A stretch of 64,000 bases of DNA from the NCBI RefSeq assembly GCF_009914755.1, contig NC_060934.1, one strand, 5' to 3'. Position numbers and translations under genes: made by a program. Under the pieces are notes generated by a model. It worked only from the letters and a program-made list of their open reading frames with translations. It did not search any database and had not been told where the DNA came from. Positions 28,131 to 42,153 of this stretch are shown here, piece by piece. Within the stretch, counting starts at the first letter, position 1. Every line of letters begins with the position of its first letter. Origin of the DNA: the human T2T-CHM13v2.0 reference genome, Homo sapiens.

Positions 28131-28457
28131 CAGGGGTCCCAAACCCCCAGGCCGTGGACTGGTATGCGTCAGTGGCCTGTTAGGAACCAGGCCGCACAGC
28201 AGGAGGTGAGCAGCCAGTGAGCCAGCATTACTCCCTGAGCTCTGCCTCCTGCCAGATCTGGAGGGGACATTAGATTCTCATAGGAGCACAAGCCGTACTG
28301 TGAACTGTGGATGTGAGGGATCTAGGTTACCTTAGAGAATCTAATGACAAACATAATGTGCTTGAATCATCCTGAAACCATCCCTCCACCCTTGGTCCCT
28401 GGAAAAATTGTCTTCTGCGAAACCGGTCCCTAGTGCCAAAAAGTTTGGTGACTGCTG
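28131..28457. mobile_element. MER1 (hAT-Charlie), internally deleted MER1A-like form
   Basis: caggggtcccaaaccc...aagtttggtgactgctg termini; perfect 8-bp TSD ctctacaa at 28123-28130 and 28458-28465. Confidence 0.9.
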
Positions 28458-29158
28458 CTCTACAAAATATATCTCTGTTTCCACTTCCAGCCAGCTTCTC
28501 TTTGATGTCATTTCTGTGGACTGGAATTTGGTCACATTGCCCCTAGCATCCTACAGGCTTGTAGGGAAGCATCTACACTGTCTCACATTCTGTTCCTCTT
28601 GAACGTGCACCGCTTAGGGGTCCAGGATTCATATGGGGCCATACTTAGTGATGATGATATTCCTATTTTTCCTCCTTCGCCTCAAGAATGACTTCTATTT
28701 GTGCACAGGTGAAAATAAGAGCCTCAAGGCTTGAACTGCTAGAAGGGACAATCTGTCCGTCTCACCAGTCGCCTGAGTGACACCTGGGAAGGCAGGTGTC
28801 ACCTCATTTGGGGTTTATCAGCAGATGTGTATGTACTTCTAGCCCTAGCAGAGCATAACCTTCACCTCTCCCAAGGACTGTCTCCCTGCAGACTCTAGGG
28901 AGAGTCACTCTTCAGCCACAGGCAAGAGCCAAAGGTCAACATTCCCTTGGCTGTGCTGCCTCTCTCTGCCTCTTACCCTGAGGCTGTCTCTGAGGACAGT
29001 CTGCCACTCAGCAGCATTAAAAAAAAAAAGACATTGGGGAATTAAAGATTACACTGCGGAGTACTGAAAACTTTAGAATATCATATCTAAACCCGGGGGT
29101 GCTTATACACTTATAGCTGTATGCAGTGAGGATGAGAATAGTACCTGCTGAAGTTAAA

Positions 29159-29366
29159 TAGTAGCTAACATTTTTAAGAGCTCCTTTCATCTGTCAGGCA
29201 TTGTTCTGATAGCTTAATTTGTATTAACTCTTTTAACCCTCAAGCGTACAGAGTAGATAACACTACGATGCCCATTTTACAGATATGAAAGCTAAGGCAC
29301 AGAGGACAAGCACGTTGTAAGTGGTAGAACTGGGATTCAAACCCAGGTCATCTGCCTCCAAAGTCA
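29159..29366 (-). mobile_element. MIR
   Basis: cccattttacagatatgaaagctaaggcacagag...gggattcaaacccagg. Confidence 0.8.
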
Positions 29367-29734
29367 CGAAGGTACAATTTGTCTCTATCGCATAGCACGA
29401 GATTGTGACTCAAGTCAAATTATTTCTTTAGCTCTGATGTAAAATATTAGTATTTGCTGTTATAGTATTGAGGAAGATAATGACAGAAACATATACCATG
29501 TCTGTTGGTCTCTTACCAGCTAGTATCTAGTTGTGTTTTTGGGAGGGCTTGATTTGATTGATTCAAATCTGTGGAATAATGAGCCATGTGGTAATAGAAT
29601 TGTAAACATCCTGAAATGTGGCGCTGAGGGAGCAAAAGCAATCTGCATGTTGGAGATGAAGGTTACACCTTTTTGAGCACTGAGACTGAATTACCTTTCT
29701 ATCAGCCAGCGTCTGCTTGAGAGGCAGCCGGGGC

Positions 29735-29937
29735 AGAGTCATTAAGGATGGGGGTTTGAACCTCGCCTTTGCCCTGTTGTTAGCTCTGTCACTGCAGGTA
29801 TGTCACTTGGTCCCATCATTTATAAAATGTGGGCAGTATTGTCACCTTCCTTTCAGGGCTGGGATGAGGGTGGCGAGTGTGAGCATAGGAAGAGCGCACG
29901 CGGTAATCTCTCTTGATAGATGTTAGCTATTATTATT
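29735..29937 (+). mobile_element. MIR
   Basis: gggtttgaacc...tcatttataaaatgtgg...tagatgttagctattattatt. Confidence 0.65.
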
Positions 29938-30821
29938 CAGCCTCCTCCAGAATAAACTTTGTCTTCAAAATGAGTAGATAAGGCATCTAAAACAGGCACT
30001 GTGTACATTGTGTACATGAGGGGGAAGGTGTGGTAGACCAGGAGTGAGGGACAGAAGATGTGAGAGAGACCATGGGCTGTGCATGCATTAGGTAGAAATT
30101 CTTTGAGGACAGTGGCAATAGTGGCTCAGCAGGAAAAAAAATGAAAATGCATTTGGGAAAGAGAAGAAACTCCCAGTGAAACATTCTAAAAGGAGTCCCT
30201 GAAAGCCCAAGGGCACATCCTCAGCCTTTCCTGGGACAGCTTCAGACATAGGTGTGAGCCAATTTGGAAGGCAGGCACCCACCGTAGGCTGGAGACTGGA
30301 AAATGCCATTCTGACTCACTCTCTCAGAGCTGCAGAGGCTGAATTCCACTCCATTTTTCCTGATGTTAGCCAGCATTGTTCAAGACAGATGTTCAGGGTT
30401 CTACAAAATAAGCTTATTTTTCATGGCAACCATGATTTGAGGTAAACATATTTCCAGACTCAGCAGGAAGGCTTCCATGTGCAGCTGTAACATACATTTC
30501 TTAGCATATCTAAAAGTGTCAGAGACACTCCGCAAAAGATGTTTCCTTCTTAGCATCCTATTGTTAATAGTTTGGGTTCAAGGCTAAAACACCAAGTATT
30601 TGAGGGGATGTGGAAGAAAGTCAGCTTGAAACAGTGAACCAGTAAAACCGTGTGTCTTAGAAATTTTTAGCATTAATTGTTTCCGGCACAAAAAGAGACA
30701 TGAACTCTCATCCAAGAAACTTTAGACCGTATAAATCTTGTAAGGCCTTAGTGAAAACATTATGGTTTTGAATTTTGCATAACCAATGTCTGTGAAAGCT
30801 ATCACAGGTTATGATTTATGA

Positions 30822-31160
30822 TTTATTTATTTTTTTGAGACAGAGTCTCACTCTATCACCCAGGCTGTATTGCAGGCTGGATCACAGCTCACTACGGCCT
30901 TGACCTCGCAGGCTTAGGCTATCCTTCTATCTCAGCCTCCTGAGTAACTTGGACTATGGGCACACACTGCCATGCCAAGCTAATTTCTGTGTTTCTTGTA
31001 GAGGTGGGGTTTCACCATGTTGCCCAGGCTGGTCTCTAACTGAGAGATGGGGTTTCACCATGTTGCCTAGGCTGGTCTTCAACTGCTGGGCACAAGCAAT
31101 CTACCCAGCTCAGCCTTCCAAAGTGCTGAAATTATAGGTGTGAGACACGGCACCAAGCCA
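30822..31160 (-). mobile_element. AluJ with a 43-bp internal tandem duplication
   Basis: Dimeric Alu; duplicate copies 31000-31042 and 31043-31085; TSD aaagctatca. Confidence 0.88.
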
Positions 31161-31447
31161 AAAGCTATCATATTTTAAATGAAATCTTATTTATACCATC
31201 AGTTTGTTTAATACATTTAAACTTTGTGATAAGCTTAATCATTATCACCAATTCTAAATAATGAGGTTCACATTAGTATAATTTTATGTGTGCAACAAAG
31301 TGGTCAGTGCTTCCAAGTAGCACATAGTTTAAAACAGACAGATGACGCCTTATATGAAATTAGGTTTCCGAACTGCCAAGCTTTTGCTTAAGGTTCTGTG
31401 TGCTGTTTGGGAAAAGGCCCAGATGCAGCAAGGCAAAAATAGGGAAG

Positions 31448-31657
31448 GTTTCAGAGTCAGACTGATAGAATTTAGAGTCCTGGTTCTATCACTTTCTAGC
31501 CTTAAAATCTCAGACACATCTGCAGATCCTCTGAGATTTTGTCTCCTCATCTGTAAGATGCTGGTGTGAGGGTCAGATGAGATAGTGTCCATAAAATAGC
31601 TAGTGCAATTCTTGACTCCTGTTGGGTACTCAAAAGATGGTGAATGTCATTAATAAT
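31448..31657 (+). mobile_element. MIR
   Basis: cagagtcagact...ctctgagattttgtctcctcatctgtaagatg. Confidence 0.7.
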
Positions 31658-31658
31658 T

Positions 31659-32168
31659 CTGGTGGCTTTAGTATTGCCTACAAATACTCTGACACACCTC
31701 CCTTCAGAAGGTAAAATATCTACTTCTTCTCCCTCTGGATGTGGGCTGGACAGTAACTTGCTTCTAATACCTAGAATGTGGTGAAGTCATAATGTGAGAC
31801 TTCCAAGTCTGTGTCATGAAGAGGATACACATTTTGCTGCCACCCTTCATGTTGTGAGAATGCTCAAGCAGCCTGGGAAGGGGCCCACATGGGAGAGCCC
31901 AGTGTGGAGGAGCTGAGGCCTTCCACCAGCATCCAGCACCACATTGCTGGCTGTGTGAGGAAGCCACCTTAGAAGCAGATTTTCCAACCCCAACTGAGCC
32001 TTCAGATGATTGCAGTCCTGGCTAACATCTTGTCTGCAGCCTCACGAGAGACCTTGTGCCTAAGCCATCCAGCCAACTTGTTCCTGATTCCTAATCGAGA
32101 TAGTGCGTATTGTCTTAAACCACTACACTTTGAGATAGTTTGCTATATAGCAATAGATAATTATTACA
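31659..32168 (+). mobile_element. MLT1E/F-like (MaLR) solo LTR
   Basis: ccttcagatgattgcagtcctggctaacatcttg...tttgctatatagcaatagataattattaca. Confidence 0.78.
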
Positions 32169-32489
32169 GTAAAAATTGCAGTAAAACTCACCCCAGAGTA
32201 GGATGAAACACGTGAATCAGTTAGCAGCCAGTTTCTGTCCAGGTAGTTACAACAGAAACCAAAAATCAAGATGGTAATTAATTTGTTAAGGTATTTATTT
32301 CTTTAGCAAATTTACAGAGCCCTGCCTGGGCCGTGGGCCCCATCTGAGCTGCTGAAACCAGGATCTGTTACTGGACAGAGACAAAGGCTCTCAATGCCCT
32401 TCGTACCCAGATCTAACCCAGGCCTCAGTGATACCTCTAAGGTTCTTCTGTTCAGCTGCTGCTTCTCATCTCTCTGCCACATGCCATAG

Positions 32490-32790
32490 GCATGCCACAA
32501 CTGTCTTCTCCTGGGACCACTGACAGAGCAATCTCTTAACTGGCCTTCCTGCTCACATTCTTGTCCAATTACAAGACACATTGGTAATGATCAATGATAA
32601 GGAGGCACTCTGAACTATGTAAACCAGATCTAATTATTTTCCTGCTTAAAACTTTATGGTGTCTCCCCGTCCACTTAGAAAACAACCAGACATTCTCTGG
32701 TCTATAAAGAAAGACCATGATCTGAACCCTACTTACCTACCTCTTCAAACTTGCTACCTCCCTTCACTCTATCCTTCTTCCTTCTCTTCC
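32490..32790 (+). mobile_element. L2 fragment
   Basis: tcttaactggccttcctgc...cctgcttaaaact...catgatctgaacccta. Confidence 0.55.
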
Positions 32791-32801
32791 TTCAGCTCAT
32801 T

Positions 32802-33200
32802 GTCAGGTATTGTTACCGTAAGGACACCAGTGAATTACCCCTCTCTGATCCATGTCCTTGTGTGGCCCTCCCACATTAACTACAGTCTTGGCCATGTGAC
32901 TTGCTTTGACCTTTGTGACAAGAGCAAATATGATATATGAAAAAGCTTAAAAAACACTGTAGATTTGGGATTTCTTTTTCTCTGGCTGGAAGAAGGCTCA
33001 ACTACTCTGCTGCTTCATGAGAGACATAGGAGTCACTTTCCTCCATCTCTGCCAGCCTCCAGACATAATGTGAGCCCAACCATCATGGGCTAAGCCCAAC
33101 CCAAACTGCTGAGCCACAGAGTTGTGACAAATACATGATTGTTGGGCTGAGTCACCAGGTTTTGAGGTTGTTTTGTCACTTAGCAATGGGTAACTGATAA
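32802..33200 (+). mobile_element. MLT1G/H-like solo LTR
   Basis: ggccatgtgacttgctttgacc...cccaaactgctgagccacagagttgtga...agcaatgggtaactgata. Confidence 0.65.
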
Positions 33201-33360
33201 ACACACCAAACTCACTCCTGAGTCCTGGGACTCCTTGTTGCCTCTGCTTGGCCATGTCCTCTCATGGAAGGCTCCTTTTGGTCATTTAGATCTCAGTTTA
33301 AATGCCACCACTCTGAAAGGGCTGCCCTGACCACTCAGGCCAAAGTGGTCTTGTGTTCAC

Positions 33361-34507
<1,147 letters not shown>

Positions 34508-34670
34508 TCCGCTCTCTGCATATCGTCATGTTTTCCTTATACTGCAGCACTTCTTATGGCCTGATGTTTTCTGCTTTACCACATTTTATCAGATCTAAGA
34601 CACTGTGGATTGTAACCCACATCCCAACTTCAGAAACTAAAAAATGTGAATAAAAAAGAGTGGTTTGAGA

Positions 34671-34966
34671 GGCCAGGCATGGTGGCTCATGCCTGTAATC
34701 CCAGCACTTTGGGAGGCCAAGGCGGGAGGATCACTTGAGGTCAAGGGTTTGAGACAAGCCTGGCAACATGGCAAAACCCTGTCTCTACTAAAAATACAAA
34801 AAGTAGCTGGGCATAGTGGCACGCACCTGTAATCCCAGCTACTCAGGAGGCTGAGGCAAGAGAATCACTTGAACCCAGGAGGTGGAGGTTGCAGTGAGCC
34901 TAGATCATGCCACTGCACTCCAGACTGGGCAACAGAGCAAGACTCCATCTCAAGAAAAAAAAAAAA
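34671..34966 (+). mobile_element. AluS (Sz/Sx-like)
   Basis: ggccaggcatggtggctc...polyA; TSD aaaaagagtg(g/a)tttgag. Confidence 0.93.
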
Positions 34967-35554
34967 GAGTGATTTGAGTTGATAAAATACAACCTTTGAT
35001 GATTTATTCCTTTTTGTCTCTCTGTGGGAAATATATGCCCCATGAGGGGAGGGACTGCCTCCTTGGTCTTGCCTCCTCCAATTATTCTCCATATTAGAGT
35101 AAAAGTAAACTTTCTAAAATGCTAATCTAATCATGCCACTCTTCTTAAAATGATTTATTGGCCCCTCACTCCATTTAGGACAAAATGAAAATTACTTCCA
35201 TGACTCACATGCCCTCTGAGACTGAGCTCTTGCTAACACACCCACCCTGAATCGAGTCACCCTCTGCTTCGCTTATTTCTCCAGCAGCGTCCTCCTGCTC
35301 TGGGTCCTGGACCACATAATCTTGCCTCCTGGTCACCACTACGCTGACTCTTCCGGATGTTCTCCCTCCTCTTCCCACAGCTAATGCGAGCAAATCACTC
35401 TTTCTCAGCTGTCACATTACATGGAAGCCACCTCTGCCCCCTCCCAACTGCTCTCACATTGCCCATCATAAAACCTTACACCAATAACTATTACAATTAT
35501 AAAATATTTGTATAATTGTTTACTTGTTTATTTTATCACATATTGTGTTTTTTA

Positions 35555-36855
35555 AATTGTGTCTAACACTTACTGTGAGCCAGATACAGTTCTACGTATT
35601 GAGGTAACATTAGTAAATAAAACAAGAAAACTTTCTACCATAATGAAACTTTGGCTTCTGTGTAGGTAGACAGACAACAAATAAGACGAATATAAAAAAT
35701 ATGAGGATGTCACATACTAATGAATGCTATGGAGAAAATTAGGGCAGGAAAAGGGAAATCCTAGTGGCTGGGAGGGGCTGTGGTTTTACATGGGATGGTC
35801 AGAAAAGGCTCCAGTGAGAAGATACATTTGAGTAAAAACAGATGAGGAAATGGAATTAGCAGTTATTTCAGGAAGAGCATTCTAGGAGGTGAAAACAGCA
35901 AGTCTAAATCCCTGAGGCAGGATGCTGGTCACTGGTGGTAGATTTTGGTGACATTCTTAAGGAAGTCCCTGTGGCTGGAGCACTTAGCAAAGGATAGTTC
36001 TGAGAGGCGACGTTAAAGAGGCAATGAAGGGGATGACATAGAGCCTCATAAGCCTTGTTAGTAGGAGAGTGACAATGAGCCAAGTTCTCAAAGGATCGCT
36101 TTGTCTCATATGTTAAGAATTGACTTTAGGAGACGCGGAATGGAATCTGGGATGTCAGTGGGAAAATTGCAATCATTTGAGCAAGAGACAATCACGTTCC
36201 TTCACATTTGTGAAATGTGGTGATGAGAAATGGAGGAGGAGAGAAAAGGTCAGAGTCTGGCTATGTTTTGGAGACAGAGCCAAAGGGATTCCAGATGGCT
36301 GGAGTGTGGGGTATGTAAGATTAAGAAAGGTGTCAGGAGTTTTGGCTTGAGCAACTGCAAGGATGGAATGGGCATTGACCAAGATGGGGAAGGCTGAAGG
36401 TAGAGAAGGATTTAGGGGAAGGAATGGGAGTTAAGTTTTGATGTGTTAAGTTTGTGATGCCTTCTAAATAGTCAAGTTGTAGATATCAAAGTTGCATATA
36501 TAAGTCCAGAGTTCAAAGAAGGTGGCTGAGCAGGAGATATAAATCTAGGAGTTATCAGCATATAGAAGATAGTTGAAGACTTGTGCCCACAAGAAATTAC
36601 CATGAGGGTAGTATAGACTAGAAAAAAGGTCAAACCAGAACTCTGGGCACTCCAACAGTGGTCAGGGAGATGAGGAGATGGGAGAGAACAACCAGGATAA
36701 TGAGAAGCTCCATCAGCAAAAAGGAGGATGGAATCTCCTCCTTTGATCCCATGAGGAAGGGATCATCAACACCATCAAATGCTGCAGGGAGATCAGATCG
36801 GCTAAGCTTTGGCCACCGATCACCTTGACAGGGTGGTTTTGGTGTCAGGATGGGG
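35555..36855 (-). mobile_element. L2a, ~1.3 kb
   Basis: gaatgctatggagaaaa...ggtcagaaaaggctccagtgagaagatacatttgag...ttttggcttgagcaactg...ggagatataaatctaggagttatcagcatatag; plus-strand L2 pieces flank it. Confidence 0.78.
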
Positions 36856-38356
36856 AATTAATGTCTTTCTTTCTCACTAATCAGAATGAACAACTGCATT
36901 TTCTGTCATTTACACCCCTGTATTCCTAGCAGCTAGCACAGTTTCTGAAACAAACTAGATATTACATTAATACTTGTTAAGTGAGTGATTGGAAACTGAT
37001 TATTAGATACTTTAAGATGGTCCTTAGATAAAATTTTTAAGGAAAATTTACAAAATAATTTCCCTATAACTTGGAAATCCAACTGCTTTTTTCAGTGGAT
37101 AAGAGTCATGGAAAGATAAGATTATGAGAGCATTTTTACCTTAATAAATATTAGCTTTTCTCATAATCATTGTAAGCCCTCCTTACTTTTTGAGTTCCTA
37201 AATAAGAATCCATGCACAGAGCAGGTGCTTCTATGTCTTGCTGGGAGGGAAAGAGGTCTGTTCATTGTTTTGGGAAAGAACAACCTTCAACTTGGTCTCA
37301 GAATGGCCTTTGCTCATTGGTGGGGAAAAGTTTTGCCTGATGGGAATGGCCAATTGGAAATGGCCCCAAGAACCCTCAAACTAATCCCCATAACTATTGG
37401 TGTCAGGAATTCCTTTAATGGAGTCAAAGCTTTTCATCCTATAATTTTCATGATACACTGGTTCAAGTTATAGAGAAAAGGCAGCTAATTTTTACTTTCA
37501 ATGCATGGGCCTTTACATGAAGGCACAGTCAAGAGTACCAGTGAAACACAAGCACGTTGTCCTGTGATTTCTGTCTAAGTGTTCATTGCTCAGCCATCTG
37601 TCAGATTCCTCATGCATAGATGAAGGAAAGAGGCAGGTGGAGTCATTCCGAAAGAGTCTTCGTGGAAACCAGGTATTGGCCACTCAATGGAGGAGCAATC
37701 CCTTCATCACCGGTACTCCACAGGAGCAGCAAGTCAGGACCTGGTGTATGTCCTGGGGCCTTAGGCTGGCCTTAGCTACAGCTGTTGGGCCTTATGTCCC
37801 ACGGAGCCAGCTGGACGTGCTCCTAACTGGCTTACCTCTGGTGAGAGTGGCCAGCTCTCAGGGTTCAAATTGTCCAATAGCATCTGCAGGGACCACACAG
37901 GTAGTTACAGAACTGTTTTTCTCATCAGTGGGGTCTAGGCATTGGGGCTGAGGCTGTTCAGGTGAACATAAGCCACCAGTCCTTTTTAAGACACATAACT
38001 AAAAGTCATTTACACAATCCGTTTCAAACAGAACATTAGTGCCTAAACTGCTGCATTCTAAGCAAGTCTCCTCAGCCAGCTTCACATCTGAGGCCCACAG
38101 GTATCGCTTTGGAGTCAGGTGATGACCAAAGAACCCCACTACAAAGCAGGAGGAGATTATCCAGCTAAATCTCACCAAGACACCTGGGAAGGGGAACAAT
38201 GAACTGAATTCATGTCAACATATACATGACAGATACCGGATACTTTCTGAAAGCAGGTTTTGTTCAAAGTGGGAGGGAATGGGCAGATCCTGAGTGTCTG
38301 AATGTGAAATTGAGAGGGGGGAAAAGAAGGATGCAAAACATAACTCCATCATTTGC

Positions 38357-38512
38357 TTTTCCTAGAGACAGGGTCTGGCTTTGCAGCCCAGGCTGGAGTG
38401 CAGGCATACGATCCTAGCTCACCGTAAACTTTAACTCCTGGGCTCAAGCCATCCTCCCACCTCAGCCTCCCAGGGTGCTGGGATTATAGATGTGAGCCAC
38501 CATGCCCAGACC
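38357..38512 (-). mobile_element. FRAM-type Alu monomer
   Basis: Single monomer agagacagggtct...gagccaccatgcccag; TSD ccatcattt. Confidence 0.8.
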
Positions 38513-38584
38513 CCATCATTTTCTAAACATTATTCAAGAACTAGTTTACTTTGTCCATTTCTCTTCCCAGTGCAAAGAGGATTT

Positions 38585-38763
38585 TGATGTTCCCCACCCT
38601 GGGCCTGTCATGGGGTGGGGGGAGAGGGGGAGGGATAGCATTAGGAGGAATACCTAATGTAAATGACGAGTTAATGGGTGCAGCACACCAACATGACATA
38701 TGTAACAAATCTGCACATTGTGCACATGTACCCTAGAACTTAAAGTATAATAATAATAATAAA
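38585..38763 (+). mobile_element. very short L1PA 3' end with a tiny 5' inversion
   Basis: L1 3' UTR gggcctgtcatggggtgggggg...ccctagaacttaaagtataataat; TSD aaagaggattttg at 38574-38586 and 38762-38774. Confidence 0.9.
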
Positions 38764-40129
38764 AGAGGATTTTGGCCCATAATGTTCTAATAGAGATTTC
38801 CTATTTCCCAAGGCTGCCAATTCATTGCTTTTTCTCTCAGATGAAATGTGTATGATTTTTATGATGTTGTTCAACAGTGCACTCATTTATTCATTTATAT
38901 TTACCCAACAAATAATTATTATTCACTGCAATAAATTCTGTAGAGATGGATAAGTGATGGCTCTTGTCCTGTAAATCACACCTGTCTTCCAAACATGGCA
39001 GAAAATCAAAAAAGGAAATACATATAGTTAATAATAGTTTAAACACTGTGATATATATATAATTAAAACATGACTCCTGTAATTTAACATTTTGGTTAAC
39101 ACCCTTCCAGAAACATTGCTATTTTCTTGCTTTCTCTATTTTTCTTATATTGATTTATTGTTTAGGTAGCTTTAAAGTATATTTCTCATAGGAAGATAAA
39201 GACTTTCTCATTACAAACTTTAAAATTGTTAATAGAAAAAAACAAATTAAAAATCCAAAATCCTCAAGCAAACAGTTTTATTCAATTCTTAATTTAACCA
39301 AGTGGCAGACGTTTTGATTTGAAATTGATTTTGCTGTATCGAACAACACTGTGTTGAACATCTTTGTGCATCTATTTTCTGGATGTTGAACTGTTAAACT
39401 ACCCTATAGAAAGGCTGCATGTGGTGGCATTACACAAATGCTAATTGTGAAGGAAAGCATGTTACATATAGCACGGTGTTTTGTGGTTGAAGTAAAATTC
39501 ATTATTATTGTTTTGTTCTTTGTGGGTTTCCGTAGATATGTTAAGCAGAAATTTGAGACGAGACTAGCTAGGAAAACATTTGCTCTGTTAAAGTTTATTG
39601 CTAGTTCTACATCAGCAACTTCATTGGAGTGGACAATGGACATGTTTAATTTTGGTCACAGGCCCATACTTAGTTTTGAGGTTAAACCTCTGAAAGTGAA
39701 AAGCTTGCCAACAGCAGCTAATGGTGTGAGCCAAAGGCCTGTCTGGTTCCCTGTGTGGTGGGAGATTGCCTTATCATCTACTTTCTTTTGCTAATGAAAA
39801 TAACATTGGCAAACAAAAATAGCAGCTGCCATCGTATTGGGCTATATACTTTGCAGTAATTACCTTACCTTACACTGACAATTCTCTAACAGGAAGTAAC
39901 TTGAAGTAACAGAGAAGTAACTTGAAGTCACAATGGAACCAGGATCTGATCAAAAAGATTGGACTCCAGAGCCATGCTCTTGACATGAGCTACCTTGACT
40001 TGAATAGTTCACAGATAGGACAATGAAAATAAACTCCTAAGGGTATATGAAATGAAATCAATTTGATTTGAATAAGATAGTTAATCATAGATACCTATAC
40101 AATATTTTTCTACATTTCAAGTACACATT

Positions 40130-40345
40130 GATTATTTTTTCAAAAACTTTTATGAGTACCTTTTATTTGCCAGGCACTGGGATACACAATGGTGAGCAAG
40201 GCAGACGGGAACTTTGTCTTCACAATGACATTAGACTGTGAAGGAGATGGGCGGGAAAACCAGCAGCTGCAAGGATGTGTGGTACAGCCTTTAAGAGGGA
40301 AGCCCACAGTGCTATGGGGGAGTCAAGGAGAGAACCCAGACTTTG
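40130..40345 (-). mobile_element. L2 3' fragment
   Basis: ttatgagtaccttttatttgccaggcactgggatacacaatggtgagcaaggcagac. Confidence 0.65.
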
Positions 40346-40366
40346 TACCTTAGGTCCAAGGTTTTA

Positions 40367-40553
40367 CTCCCAAGTAGCTGGCACTGCAGGTATGCACCAT
40401 CATGCCCAGCTAATTCTTTATATTTTTAATAAGAGACGGGGTTTTGCCATGTTGACCAGGCTGGTCTCAAACTCCTGACCTCAGGTGATCCACCGCCCCA
40501 ACCTTGGCCTCCCAAAGTGCTGGGATTACAGGCGTGAGCCACTGCGCCCGGCC
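40367..40553 (-). mobile_element. AluS lacking its 3' part and polyA
   Basis: Begins mid right arm (ctcccaagtagctgg) and runs to the Alu 5' end gcgcccggcc. Confidence 0.85.
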
Positions 40554-41827
40554 TCAAGATTTATCTTCAAGGTGGATTAAAGCTAACTAGACATGGTTTA
40601 TCTTCACACAGGCAGCCTGAAAACAAAATTTAGTCATATCCATGAATTCTATTGGAAATATTAGACGACCGTAACATTCAAGGTTCATGGACAGGTTATT
40701 TTTTATTTTCTAACTGTCCTTATGGTATGACCAGATTTCAGATAAAGCTTATTAAAATATATTGCTTTTGGAAATTTGGCAGTTTTCTTTTGTTTAGTGC
40801 GTCTCATAATTTATGGATCTCATGGGGAATTCGTTTAGCTCTGGTTTCTGAGATGTGCTAGAACTTTATAGAAATCCTCTGACAGGCAGCTTTTAGAGAG
40901 ATAGAAGTTTCTAAAATTTATATTTCATTCTTGTCACTGAACTCTCTTGATATCTGATTTCCCAGCTGCTAAGCCACATACGTTTTGATAGGCTTCACTG
41001 TGAAAACTGAGGGTGTCCCATGGTGATGCTCGTGCCTACCCTGCCTCATAGGAGCACATTAACGGAGTAGCCTGGACACTTAGGCACTGGTGATCCTGTG
41101 AAAGGGACTACCTCTGTCTTTGCTCACTGTCTCTTCAGCATGTGCAATGCCTGACGCAGAGTAGTTACCTGATGACTAGCTTTTTTTTTTCTTTCTTTCT
41201 TTCTTTTTTTTTTAAAGGAGAAAAGTGTGTATCTGAGAAACCTTTAAAATATAGAGAAGATAGGTGGATCGATCCGAGGTTGTCTGCTAAAGTAGCCCAT
41301 TTTCTAGACTGCAAATTCCTTTTGACTATTTGTTTTGTACATGTAGAGTATCTGGAAGAAGGGTCACCTTAAATGAGCAAAATATGTTAACATTTTAACA
41401 TATTTAGCTATTGCTAGCATATCCATGTTTCATTCCCCAGTAACACCTCTCACTGAGAGGCATCACCATATCTCTGAATGACCTGGAGATGCATTTGGAA
41501 CACATGCTTTGAGCAAATGAGCTTCTTGTTAAACTATAAAGTATATTTTCTAAGCTATTATGTCAAGGGGAATAACAGAGGAAAGATAGTATGTTCTAAT
41601 TATCTTCAAAATTTGCCCACTTTCCATCAAAATTTATTGTAACTGAAAGGAGCAGCCTCTGAAAGATGGATTATTGGCTCTTCTGCTTTGAGCTGCTGAT
41701 CTCAGAGGGAAACAAATGGCACTTGCTGGATCTGAGCACAGAATACTAACAGCACTTCAGCATTAAGGGAGATATTATCAGGGAAAGTATATGATATTCA
41801 CCATCTAATTCTTTTCACTTCTTTCAG

Positions 41828-42153
41828 TAAAGACACTGAAGGAAGAACTGATTTTAATCTGAGACTACCTCTTTCAAAGAAATCTCAAGAGATTTAGTGT
41901 TACTGGAGAAACTAAAAGATACAAAAGTATTTGTTACAAGCAAGAGAAGCTTTAAAACAATGTCGAATAGGAAATGTACACCTGGTGACCTGTCCCCTAC
42001 CTGGAAAGATAGTGAAAGGGATCTGATAGGGACAACTGTCACTGGGTACTGATGTTACACTCACTTTCTAATGGAAAGACAACAAAGACCAAGCTCAGTG
42101 GGTATTCAATGATCAGACAAAACTCTCGAGAAGCATGAGGGTCTTACCTGAAC
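41828..42153 (+). other. candidate internal exon (326 nt) of an unidentified plus-strand transcript
   Basis: Branch-like ctaat 41805-41809, ttcttttcacttctttcag acceptor, AAC|GTAAGT donor at 42154; non-repetitive sequence. Confidence 0.35.

Noticed and set aside
37586-39794. 121-aa (37586) and 118-aa (39438) plus-strand ORFs
   Set aside because: No recognisable homology or convincing gene structure
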